Shown here: positions 18,662 through 32,000 of the stretch, piece after piece
How the letters are laid out: the number at the start of each line of letters is the position of its first letter
Numbering within the stretch: position 1 is the stretch's first letter
Assembly (NCBI RefSeq): GCF_036503815.1
Contig: NZ_AP027764.1
Location: 2,309,298 to 2,341,297, forward strand
Direction of reading: 5' to 3'
DNA: 32,000 bases
Origin: Escherichia coli
GTDB taxonomy: Bacteria; Pseudomonadota; Gammaproteobacteria; Enterobacterales; Enterobacteriaceae
Translations under genes and position numbers: made by a program
The notes under the pieces: model-generated
The model's database searches: none
What the model was told of the DNA's origin: nothing
Seen by the model: the letters and a program-made list of their open reading frames with translations, nothing else

Positions 18662-20560
18662 TTATAAATACGCCTGTAGTTCATCTGGACTAAAGCTCAG
18701 GCTTTGGCTGATTACATTTATAGCTGCATAATATGTTTCTACCGTTTTATAATGATTATGATGAATGGCTATATGAACAGCTGATATGTTGTCATAATTT
18801 TTAGCGGCCAACAGTGTGAATAACTGATGTTGACTAAAAGAATATTTTTTTGCAAAAGTACACAGCGTCGATATATAAGATAGCACGACGTCTTCATTAC
18901 CCTTGCTCATGGCGATGTATAAAGCAGGGGTTCCATGTGCTGTTGCGCCTTTTAATAAATCCATGATGTTAATTTTACTGAGGTTATATTTAAAGGCGAT
19001 TCCATAAATTTTTGAGAGGAACCGTGTGACACACAAAGGGTGATTATTTTCCATTGCAGCGAATAATCCTGGTTCACCGTCGTGTATTTTCATTGCTAAA
19101 ATATCCATTACCAGCTTTTTGTTTAAAAGCTCTTGTGCTATTGGAGTGGTTAATGTATTAAGGAAGATATTGATTATTTCATCGAATCCATACAACATGG
19201 TAATGTAGAGTCCAGGTGTGTCATTGGCACTTTTAGTTTGCAGTAACTTAACTAGATTACTTTTATGAATGATGCGACTATTTACCAGTGACTGAATTTC
19301 TTGCATAAATATTTTTACGTTGTCAGTATGTCCGTTCATCATAGCCAGAAATAAAGCAGGAGTACCAACGCTATTCTGCGCAGTTATTATTTTAATGATT
19401 TCTTTTTCAGGGAGTATGCGCAACTGTTTGAATAATGTAATAAGCTGTTGAGTCTGTCCTGTGGCCATTATTAACAACATTGCCGATGGATGTATAGGGG
19501 CAAATGGCATTCGTGTCGCAATACCCGCGAAAATAGCCGCTGGAACTCCCTCAGGTAATAGAGGGAGAATTGCAATTGCACAGTTGCGAACATACATATC
19601 AGCCCAGGTCTGAGCATCGGGACCTGAACTGATGAACTTATCAAGCGAGAGAAAGCCCCGTGCTGTCCTGTGGGTGCCTCTGACGGCAACATTGGTGTCG
19701 TTCGGATCGTAAACGGACACAACATAATTTAACTGTCCATCCGCTGCCAGCTTTATTCGTAGCCTTACTGATAAAGTATGATTGTCTATATATAAAATCG
19801 CGGACATATGACTGACATTGTTTGCCATCATCCGACAGAAGAAAATATCTAAAGCGAAGCCAAAATCCTTACTCGCGATAACGCGACTCCCTGCAGGAGG
19901 ATGGCGAAGTAATGCTCTGAACTCCGCGTCCCGGACAATAGGGACATGCTGCTGTATGGATTCAACGGAGGAGTAATGTTTAATCAGATTGACTTTGCCT
20001 TTTCCATTTCCCAATGAATCAAGGGCGTATTGTAATGACAGATGGCGGCAAAAAATAGCGTCAGAAGGAGATTGCAAAAAAAATGCACTACCATTGAGAT
20101 TTACTGTTGGTTGTATAGTTTTTTCTCTATGGATTTTTTTTGAGAGCTTCATGCAATGGTTACGTTTTTCGGCAGTTGACTGTTCCTGTTCAATATAATC
20201 CAGTATGCTTCGCAAATGGTTAGCTTTAATGGGCGTGGTTTCCAGAAGTAAGGAAATGATTTCTTTTTTATAGTGTAATGTAATGAGTATATTTTCTGCA
20301 TGGATGGGGGAAGTGGCAAAGTTAATGATAAAAAGGGCAGTGGAATAACAATTTTGTGATATTTTTCGACAGCTTGCGGTAAATTCCTGAGTAACACAGT
20401 ATGACAGCGTCGAACTTAAATCAGAGGTATCAAGTAGGGTGATGAGCTGGCGCGCAAATTGATTAATAGGCTCTGCTGAAGGCGTTGGTATGTCGCTATC
20501 GATGTGCACTCTATGAGGAGACTTATAATGAGTTCTGATAATGATATCGTTTTCACTCAT
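18662..20560 (-). CDS. arpB: Ankyrin-repeat protein B, uninterrupted 632-codon ORF
   Basis: One continuous ORF. The C-terminal third contains ankyrin-like units ([97 protein letters not shown]). Position between yniD and thrS matches K-12 arpB. The region is visibly AT-rich. Confidence 0.85.
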   Translation of the reverse strand: MSENDIIIRTHYKSPHRVHIDSDIPTPSAEPINQFARQLITLLDTSDLSSTLSYCVTQEFTASCRKISQNCYSTALFIINFATSPIHAENILITLHYKKEIISLLLETTPIKANHLRSILDYIEQEQSTAEKRNHCMKLSKKIHREKTIQPTVNLNGSAFFLQSPSDAIFCRHLSLQYALDSLGNGKGKVNLIKHYSSVESIQQHVPIVRDAEFRALLRHPPAGSRVIASKDFGFALDIFFCRMMANNVSHMSAILYIDNHTLSVRLRIKLAADGQLNYVVSVYDPNDTNVAVRGTHRTARGFLSLDKFISSGPDAQTWADMYVRNCAIAILPLLPEGVPAAIFAGIATRMPFAPIHPSAMLLIMATGQTQQLITLFKQLRILPEKEIIKIITAQNSVGTPALFLAMMNGHTDNVKIFMQEIQSLVNSRIIHKSNLVKLLQTKSANDTPGLYITMLYGFDEIINIFLNTLTTPIAQELLNKKLVMDILAMKIHDGEPGLFAAMENNHPLCVTRFLSKIYGIAFKYNLSKINIMDLLKGATAHGTPALYIAMSKGNEDVVLSYISTLCTFAKKYSFSQHQLFTLLAAKNYDNISAVHIAIHHNHYKTVETYYAAINVISQSLSFSPDELQAYL

Positions 20561-20963
20561 AATCTATTCGCCTTATATATGTCTGGAGGTTTTGAGTATG
20601 ATGATTAATTATTATCGCCAGAACGAAATGTGCACGAAAAATTGCTATAAGAATTGTGTCACTTTTATCATTGCGATATGACCAGTTCGTCATTAATCTC
20701 ATGATCGTTTAAATACCACCGCCAAATAGCGCAACGAACTTTGCTGGATTCAGTTTATATGCGTAAATCCGCTCGCAGTAAACCTTTCAGACGCTGCGTG
20801 ATGTTATGAGTGGTTCTTTAAGCGTTTTGCTGGTGTACTCACTACAAACGAATTGCGAATCGAATCAATGTGAAACGGAAAGGTACAATCTCCCTTTTTT
20901 TAGTGTTAACATCGTTCAACCGGGTGGAAGGTGAGAGGTTAATGTCTTTCATTTGTGTACCTG

Positions 20964-21080
20964 ATTGCGAACCAATTTAGCATTTGTTGGCTAGATGGTT
21001 TCGCAATGAACTGTTAATAAACAAATTTTTCTTTGTATGTGATCTTTCGTGTGGGTCACCACTGCAAATAAGGATATAAA
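20964..21080 (+). promoter_or_regulatory. thrS translational operator (5' UTR with tRNA-Thr anticodon-arm mimics)
   Basis: The proximal hairpin gtgatc/ggtcac (21039-21059) has a loop containing CGU, just upstream of the SD AAGGA (21070-21074). The distal long hairpin is attgcgaacca (20964-20974) with tggtttcgcaat (20996-21007). This fits the established domain 2 / domain 4 organisation. Confidence 0.7.
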
Positions 21081-23009
21081 ATGCCTGTTATAACTCTTCC
21101 TGATGGCAGCCAACGCCATTACGACCACGCTGTAAGCCCCATGGATGTTGCGCTGGACATTGGTCCAGGTCTGGCGAAAGCCTGTATCGCAGGGCGCGTT
21201 AATGGTGAACTGGTTGATGCTTGCGATCTGATTGAAAACGACGCACAACTGTCGATCATTACCGCCAAAGACGAAGAAGGTCTGGAGATCATTCGTCACT
21301 CCTGTGCGCACCTGTTAGGGCACGCGATTAAACAACTTTGGCCGCATACCAAAATGGCAATCGGCCCGGTTATTGACAACGGTTTTTATTACGACGTTGA
21401 TCTTGACCGCACGTTAACCCAGGAAGATGTCGAAGCACTCGAGAAGCGGATGCATGAGCTTGCTGAGAAAAACTACGACGTCATTAAAAAGAAAGTCAGC
21501 TGGCACGAAGCGCGTGAAACTTTCGCCAACCGTGGGGAGAGCTACAAAGTCTCCATTCTTGACGAAAACATCGCCCATGATGACAAGCCAGGTCTGTACT
21601 TCCATGAAGAATATGTCGACATGTGCCGCGGTCCGCACGTACCGAACATGCGTTTCTGCCATCATTTCAAACTGATGAAAACGGCAGGGGCTTACTGGCG
21701 TGGCGACAGCAACAACAAAATGTTGCAACGTATTTACGGTACGGCGTGGGCAGACAAAAAAGCGCTAAACGCTTACCTGCAGCGCCTGGAAGAAGCCGCG
21801 AAACGCGACCACCGTAAAATTGGTAAACAGCTCGACCTGTACCATATGCAGGAAGAAGCGCCGGGTATGGTCTTCTGGCACAACGACGGTTGGACCATCT
21901 TCCGTGAACTGGAAGTGTTTGTTCGTTCTAAACTGAAAGAGTACCAGTATCAGGAAGTTAAAGGTCCGTTCATGATGGACCGTGTTCTGTGGGAAAAAAC
22001 CGGTCACTGGGACAACTACAAAGATGCAATGTTCACCACGTCTTCTGAGAACCGTGAATACTGCATTAAGCCGATGAACTGCCCGGGTCACGTACAAATT
22101 TTCAACCAGGGGCTGAAGTCTTATCGCGATCTGCCGCTGCGTATGGCCGAGTTTGGTAGCTGCCACCGTAACGAGCCGTCAGGTTCGCTGCATGGCCTGA
22201 TGCGTGTACGTGGTTTTACCCAGGATGACGCGCATATCTTCTGTACTGAAGAACAAATTCGCGATGAAGTTAACGGATGTATCCGTTTAGTCTATGATAT
22301 GTACAGCACTTTTGGCTTCGAGAAGATCGTCGTCAAACTCTCCACTCGTCCTGAAAAACGTATTGGCAGCGACGAAATGTGGGATCGTGCTGAGGCGGAC
22401 CTGGCAGTTGCGCTGGAAGAAAACAACATCCCGTTTGAATATCAACTGGGTGAAGGCGCTTTCTACGGTCCGAAAATTGAATTTACCCTGTATGACTGCC
22501 TCGATCGTGCATGGCAGTGCGGTACAGTACAGCTGGACTTCTCCTTGCCGTCTCGTCTGAGCGCCTCCTATGTGGGTGAAGACAACGAGCGTAAGGTACC
22601 GGTAATGATTCACCGCGCAATTCTGGGGTCGATGGAACGTTTCATCGGTATCCTGACCGAAGAATTCGCTGGTTTCTTCCCGACCTGGCTTGCGCCGGTT
22701 CAGGTTGTTATCATGAATATTACCGATTCACAGTCTGAATACGTTAACGAATTGACGCAAAAACTATCAAATGCGGGCATTCGTGTTAAAGCAGACTTGA
22801 GAAATGAGAAGATTGGCTTTAAAATCCGCGAGCACACTTTGCGTCGCGTCCCATATATGCTGGTCTGTGGTGATAAAGAGGTGGAATCAGGCAAAGTTGC
22901 CGTTCGCACCCGCCGTGGTAAAGACCTGGGTAGCATGGACGTAAATGAAGTGATCGAGAAGCTGCAACAAGAGATTCGCAGCCGCAGTCTTAAACAATTG
23001 GAGGAATAA
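21081..23009 (+). CDS. thrS: Threonyl-tRNA synthetase
   Basis: 642-aa ORF with an N-terminal TGS domain ([24 protein letters not shown]), class II aaRS motifs ([24 protein letters not shown]) and a C-terminal anticodon-binding domain. Confidence 0.98.
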
Positions 23010-23849
<840 letters not shown>

Positions 23850-23875
23850 GCCGTTAACGTTTTTTAACTTTTTAA

Positions 23876-24259
<384 letters not shown>

Positions 24260-24269
24260 GCCAGTTGAA

Positions 24270-24298
24270 AGAGGGAGCTAGTCTCCCTCTTTTCGTTT
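24270..24298 (+). terminator. Rho-independent terminator after rplT
   Basis: agagggag / ctccctct is a perfect 8-bp stem with a 5-nt loop, followed by tttcgttt. Confidence 0.85.
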
Positions 24299-24314
24299 CA
24301 ACGCCATCAAAACA

Positions 24315-24343
24315 TTGACTTTTATCGCCGTAGCCTTTTCAAT
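24315..24343 (+). promoter_or_regulatory. Candidate sigma-70 promoter of pheMST
   Basis: TTGACT (24315-24320), a 17-bp spacer, then TTCAAT (24338-24343), about 40 nt upstream of pheM. Pattern match only. Confidence 0.45.
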
Positions 24344-24381
24344 AAAGGTCTTTTGAAAAGTACCAAAAGGTAACGCAAGCA

Positions 24382-24426
24382 ATGAATGCTGCTATTTTCC
24401 GCTTCTTTTTTTACTTTAGCACCTGA
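24382..24426 (+). CDS. pheM: pheST attenuator leader peptide (14 aa, five Phe)
   Basis: atg aat gct gct att ttc cgc ttc ttt ttt tac ttt agc acc tga encodes [14 protein letters not shown]. Too short for the ORF track. Confidence 0.93.
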
Positions 24427-24473
24427 CTCCAGGAGGCTAGCGCGTGAGAAGAGAAACGGAAAACAGCGCCTGA

Positions 24474-24498
24474 AAGCCTCCCAGTGGAGGCTTTTTTT
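24474..24498 (+). terminator. pheM attenuator terminator
   Basis: aagcctcc / ggaggctt stem with a 4-nt loop and a T7 run. The upstream ggaggc (24432-24437) can pair alternatively with gcctcc (24476-24481) as an anti-terminator. Confidence 0.88.
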
Positions 24499-24667
24499 GT
24501 ATGCGCGTTTTGAAAAATAAAAAGCCTGTCTCATCAGGCGTAATTGTCGCAGCCAGTCTGGGCACGGCCAGCGCGGAGAAACCGGAGCGTACTTAAGTAC
24601 GTGAGGATTTCGAGCACTGCCCGGGTCCAAAATGGCAAGTAAAATAGCCTGATGGGATAGGCTCTAA

Positions 24668-25693
<1,026 letters not shown>

Positions 25694-25704
25694 GGCAGGA
25701 ATAG

Positions 25705-28095
<2,391 letters not shown>

Positions 28096-28099
28096 ACCT

Positions 28100-28399
28100 A
28101 TGGCGCTTACAAAAGCTGAAATGTCAGAATATCTGTTTGATAAGCTTGGGCTTAGCAAGCGGGATGCCAAAGAACTGGTTGAACTGTTTTTCGAAGAGAT
28201 CCGTCGAGCTCTGGAAAACGGCGAACAGGTGAAACTCTCTGGTTTTGGTAACTTCGATCTGCGTGATAAGAATCAACGCCCGGGACGTAACCCGAAAACG
28301 GGCGAGGATATTCCCATTACAGCACGGCGCGTGGTGACCTTCAGACCCGGGCAGAAGTTAAAAAGCCGGGTCGAAAACGCTTCGCCCAAAGACGAGTAA
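28100..28399 (+). CDS. ihfA: Integration host factor alpha subunit
   Basis: 99-aa HU/IHF-family [72 protein letters not shown]..., 4 nt after pheT. Confidence 0.98.
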
Positions 28400-28411
28400 T
28401 CTGATCTAACT

Positions 28412-28440
28412 AAAAAGGCCGCTCTGCGGCCTTTTTTCTT
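28412..28440 (+). terminator. Rho-independent terminator after ihfA
   Basis: ggccgc / gcggcc stem with a 3-nt loop, flanked by an A-run and followed by TTTTTTCTTTT. Confidence 0.88.
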
Positions 28441-28499
28441 TTCACTGTCGAAGAGTCACCGTAAAATCAACGCCATGACACTTCAGCAGAACGGATACC

Positions 28500-29480
28500 A
28501 TGCTGACACTTGCCCGCCAACAACAGCGACAAAATATTCGCTGGTTATTATGCCTGTCAGTTTTGATGCTGCTGGCGCTTCTCTTAAGCCTTTGCGCCGG
28601 TGAACAATGGATTTCGCCAGGTGACTGGTTTACTCCTCGTGGCGAACTGTTCGTCTGGCAAATTCGCCTGCCACGTACGCTGGCTGTATTGCTGGTTGGT
28701 GCGGCGCTGGCTATATCCGGCGCTGTAATGCAGGCATTGTTTGAAAATCCTCTGGCAGAACCTGGACTACTTGGCGTCTCTAACGGCGCAGGCGTAGGGC
28801 TTATCGCCGCGGTATTGCTTGGGCAAGGGCAACTCCCAAACTGGGCACTAGGGCTGTGTGCGATTGCTGGCGCGCTTATCATCACTTTAATACTCTTACG
28901 TTTTGCCCGTCGTCATCTTTCGACCAGTCGGTTATTGCTGGCTGGTGTTGCATTAGGGATTATCTGTAGCGCACTAATGACGTGGGCTATCTATTTTTCC
29001 ACCTCTGTTGATTTACGTCAGCTGATGTACTGGATGATGGGCGGTTTTGGCGGCGTAGACTGGCGGCAAAGTTGGCTGATGCTGGCATTGATCCCCGTGT
29101 TGTTGTGGATCTGTTGTCAGTCCAGACCGATGAATATGTTAGCACTTGGCGAGATCTCGGCGCGGCAACTGGGTTTACCCCTGTGGTTCTGGCGCAATGT
29201 GCTGGTGGCAGCGACCGGCTGGATGGTTGGCGTCAGTGTGGCGTTGGCGGGTGCTATCGGCTTTATTGGTCTGGTGATCCCACATATTCTCCGGTTATGT
29301 GGTTTGACCGATCATCGCGTATTACTTCCCGGCTGCGCGCTGGCAGGGGCGAGCGCATTACTGCTGGCCGATGTTGTAGCGCGCCTGGCATTAGCTGCCG
29401 CAGAGCTGCCTATTGGCGTGGTCACCGCAACGTTGGGTGCGCCGGTGTTTATCTGGTTATTGTTAAAAGCAGGACGTTAG
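28500..29480 (+). CDS. btuC: Vitamin B12 ABC importer permease
   Basis: 326-aa polytopic ORF of the FecCD/BtuC family ([34 protein letters not shown]...). Confidence 0.96.
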   Translation: MLTLARQQQRQNIRWLLCLSVLMLLALLLSLCAGEQWISPGDWFTPRGELFVWQIRLPRTLAVLLVGAALAISGAVMQALFENPLAEPGLLGVSNGAGVGLIAAVLLGQGQLPNWALGLCAIAGALIITLILLRFARRHLSTSRLLLAGVALGIICSALMTWAIYFSTSVDLRQLMYWMMGGFGGVDWRQSWLMLALIPVLLWICCQSRPMNMLALGEISARQLGLPLWFWRNVLVAATGWMVGVSVALAGAIGFIGLVIPHILRLCGLTDHRVLLPGCALAGASALLLADVVARLALAAAELPIGVVTATLGAPVFIWLLLKAGR

Positions 29481-29540
29481 CCGCAAAAAGACGGTCTATG
29501 ATTAAAAGCTAAGATTTTTACTGACCACCCAGGAGAGACG

Positions 29541-30092
29541 ATGCAAGATTCCATTCTGACGACCGTAGTGAAAGATATCGACGGTGAAGTGACCACGCTG
29601 GAGAAGTACGCCGGTAATGTGCTGTTGATTGTCAATGTCGCCTCAAAGTGTGGCTTAACGCCGCAATATGAGCAGTTGGAGAATATTCAGAAAGCCTGGG
29701 CCGATCGTGGTTTTGTGGTGCTGGGATTCCCGTGCAACCAGTTTCTGGAGCAAGAACCGGGCAGCGATGAAGAGATTAAAACTTACTGCACCACTACCTG
29801 GGGGGTGACGTTCCCGATGTTCAGTAAGATTGAAGTTAATGGCGAAGGACGCCATCCGCTGTATCAAAAATTGATTGCCGCAGCGCCGACGGCAGTCGCG
29901 CCGGAAGAGAGCGGATTCTATGCCCGTATGGTCAGCAAAGGTCGTGCACCGCTGTACCCTGATGATATTTTATGGAATTTTGAGAAATTTTTAGTTGGCA
30001 GGGACGGATTGGTCATCCAGCGTTTTTCCCCGGATATGACGCCGGAAGATCCCATTGTGATGGAAAGCATTAAACTGGCGTTGGCGAAATAA
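29541..30092 (+). CDS. btuE: Glutathione-peroxidase-family thioredoxin/glutathione peroxidase
   Basis: 183-aa ORF with GPx motifs ([28 protein letters not shown]). Confidence 0.96.
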
Positions 30093-30841
30093 TGTCTATT
30101 GTGATGCAGCTACAGGATGTTGCGGAATCAACCCGCCTTGGGCCGCTTTCTGGCGAGGTTCGGGCTGGGGAGATCCTGCATCTGGTGGGGCCGAATGGCG
30201 CGGGTAAGAGTACCTTACTGGCGCGAATGGCCGGAATGACCAGCGGTAAGGGAAGCATTCAGTTCGCGGGGCAACCACTGGAAGCATGGTCCGCAACAAA
30301 ACTCGCGCTGCATCGCGCCTATCTTTCACAACAACAGACGCCACCGTTTGCAATGCCGGTCTGGCACTACCTGACACTGCATCAGCACGATAAAACGCGT
30401 ACCGAACTGCTGAATGATGTCGCAGGGGCGCTGGCTCTTGATGACAAACTCGGACGTAGCACCAATCAACTTTCCGGCGGCGAATGGCAACGCGTACGTC
30501 TTGCTGCGGTGGTGCTGCAAATCACACCACAAGCCAATCCCGCAGGCCAATTACTACTTCTTGATGAGCCTATGAACAGTCTTGATGTTGCGCAACAAAG
30601 TGCGTTAGACAAAATTCTGAGCGCGCTGTGTCAGCAAGGACTGGCGATTGTTATGAGCAGTCACGATCTCAACCACACCTTGCGTCATGCGCATCGGGCG
30701 TGGTTGCTAAAAGGTGGAAAAATGCTGGCCAGTGGACGCAGAGAAGAGGTGCTCACGCCGCCAAATCTGGCGCAGGCCTATGGGATGAATTTTCGCCGTC
30801 TGGATATCGAAGGTCACAGAATGCTGATTTCGACCATCTGA
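30092..30841 (+). CDS. btuD: Vitamin B12 ABC importer ATPase
   Basis: 249-aa ORF with Walker [13 protein letters not shown] signature LSGGEWQR and Walker B LLLLDEP. Its ATG shares one nucleotide with the btuE TAA (TAATG). Confidence 0.96.
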
Positions 30842-30918
30842 TTTCATTAGTATCTTGAAAATCGGGTAATTACGACGCTAAATTAATGCAAGAATAAAAA
30901 ACAGAGGAACCGTACGGA

Positions 30919-31383
30919 ATGCGTTTCTGCCTTATTTTGATCACAGCACTGTTTCTGGCCGGGTGTAGCCACCATAAAGCACCGCCGCCAAATGCCAGAC
31001 TTTCTGATTCGATTACCGTTATTGCCGGTTTGAACGACCAGCTACAGAGCTGGCATGGCACGCCGTATCGTTATGGTGGCATGACGCGGCGCGGTGTGGA
31101 CTGTTCGGGGTTTGTGGTTGTGACGATGCGCGATCGTTTCGATTTGCAGCTGCCCCGTGAAACCAAACAACAAGCCTCTATCGGCACGCAAATTGATAAA
31201 GACGAGTTGCTGCCTGGTGACCTGGTCTTTTTCAAAACGGGCTCCGGACAAAATGGTTTGCATGTAGGTATTTACGATACCAACAACCAATTTATCCACG
31301 CCTCTACCAGCAAGGGAGTGATGCGTTCCTCACTCGATAATGTCTATTGGCAGAAAAATTTCTGGCAGGCGAGACGAATCTAG
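30919..31383 (+). CDS. nlpC: NlpC/P60-family lipoprotein (putative cell-wall endopeptidase)
   Basis: 154-aa ORF with lipobox LAGC (MRFCLILITALFLAGC), the catalytic Cys context GVDCSGFV, and His in GLHVGIY and FIHAS. Confidence 0.94.
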   Translation: MRFCLILITALFLAGCSHHKAPPPNARLSDSITVIAGLNDQLQSWHGTPYRYGGMTRRGVDCSGFVVVTMRDRFDLQLPRETKQQASIGTQIDKDELLPGDLVFFKTGSGQNGLHVGIYDTNNQFIHASTSKGVMRSSLDNVYWQKNFWQARRI

Positions 31384-31629
31384 TATGTCGAAAAATGGAC
31401 GGCGATGATACATCTCCGTCCATTTACTCCTGAATACAGTAGTATTTTACAGACAAAAATACCGTATATGGATTATTCGTTTATAATCAGGATAATCTAA
31501 TAAAAGGACCCCTGAAAAAGTGGTTAACATGGAACAAATGAAAGTTACTCCTTCTGTAATTGTTATGTCTTATGGCCTCATCCCTTTTAGCCGGATACTG
31601 AAAAACATCCTTCGAGAGGGACGGTTACC

Positions 31630-32000
31630 ATGAAGATTTTTTTGGAGAATCTTTATCATTCTGATTGCTATTTCCTGCCGATAAGAGATAACCAGCAAGA
31701 CCTTGTCGGCGTTGAGTTAATTACCCATTTCTCCAGTGAAGATGGTACGGTTCGTATACCGACGAGTCGGGTTATAGCGCAACTTACCGAGGAGCAACAT
31801 TGGCAATTATTTTCTGAGCAGTTGGAATTGCTAAAATCATGCCAACACTTTTTTATTCAACATAAACTCTTTGCCTGGCTTAATTTAACCCCACAAGTGG
31901 CTACTTTATTATTAGACAGGGATAATTACGCGGGCGAACTATTAAAATATCCGTTTATTGAACTGTTGATTAATGAGAATTACCCGCATCTCGATGAAGG
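31630..32000 (+). CDS. ydiV: Anti-FlhD4C2 factor YdiV (degenerate EAL-domain protein), N-terminal part; runs off the window
   Basis: Not in the ORF track because it is truncated. From ATG 31630 it reads MKIFLENLYHSDCYFLPIRDNQQDLVGVELITHFSSEDGTVRIPTSRVIAQLTEEQHWQLFSEQLELLK..., open to the window end. GAGGGA lies 8 nt upstream. Confidence 0.9.
   Translation, partial: MKIFLENLYHSDCYFLPIRDNQQDLVGVELITHFSSEDGTVRIPTSRVIAQLTEEQHWQLFSEQLELLKSCQHFFIQHKLFAWLNLTPQVATLLLDRDNYAGELLKYPFIELLINENYPHLDE

Noticed and set aside
28442-29512. 147-aa antisense ORF and 146-aa alternative-frame ORF within btuC
   Set aside because: They are nested in a GC-rich membrane-protein gene. They are frame artefacts with Arg/Pro/Ala-rich translations.

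Overview
This window is a gene-dense stretch of an Escherichia coli-type chromosome. From memory it is colinear with the MG1655 interval ydiV to cho (roughly 1.79-1.82 Mb), here reverse-complemented. I recognise 35 protein-coding genes, in order: cho (partial), nadE, osmE, chbBCARFG, katE, cedA, ydjO, tcyP (ydjN), ydjM, hxpB (yniC), yniB, yniA, ydiZ, pfkB, ydiY, yniD, arpB, thrS, infC, rpmI, rplT, pheM, pheS, pheT, ihfA, btuC, btuE, btuD, nlpC and ydiV (partial). Four of them are missing from or mis-started in the ORF track and were read by hand: cho (GTG start, cut by the window edge), infC (AUU start), pheM (14 codons) and ydiV (cut by the window edge). I see no rRNA, tRNA, IS element, transposase, integrase, prophage or CRISPR array. 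Gene lengths and spacing match the known core-genome layout, so nothing appears to be inserted. Sequence-visible regulatory elements include LexA boxes at cho and ydjM, the chb CAP, ChbR and NagC-type sites, the ChiX decoy in the chbB-chbC spacer, the thrS operator, the infC AUU start, the rpmI-rplT leader, the pheM attenuator, one REP element and several intrinsic terminators. I do not find convincing evidence for a new multi-gene system. The best leads are single poorly understood loci. (1) arpB is an uninterrupted 632-codon ORF in an AT-rich islet; I remember it as a split pseudogene in K-12. Its C-terminus has an exact 48-residue ankyrin-like repeat period and its N-terminal domain is unassigned. 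(2) ydiZ looks like a GhoS-family protein with no toxin partner. (3) ydjO is an AT-rich orphan gene. (4) A 34-codon upstream ORF ends in an ATGA overlap with the ydiV start. (5) A 27-codon Cys-rich ORF with a GGAGG ribosome-binding site lies between arpB and thrS. All family assignments are from memory and by-eye reading. No searches were run.
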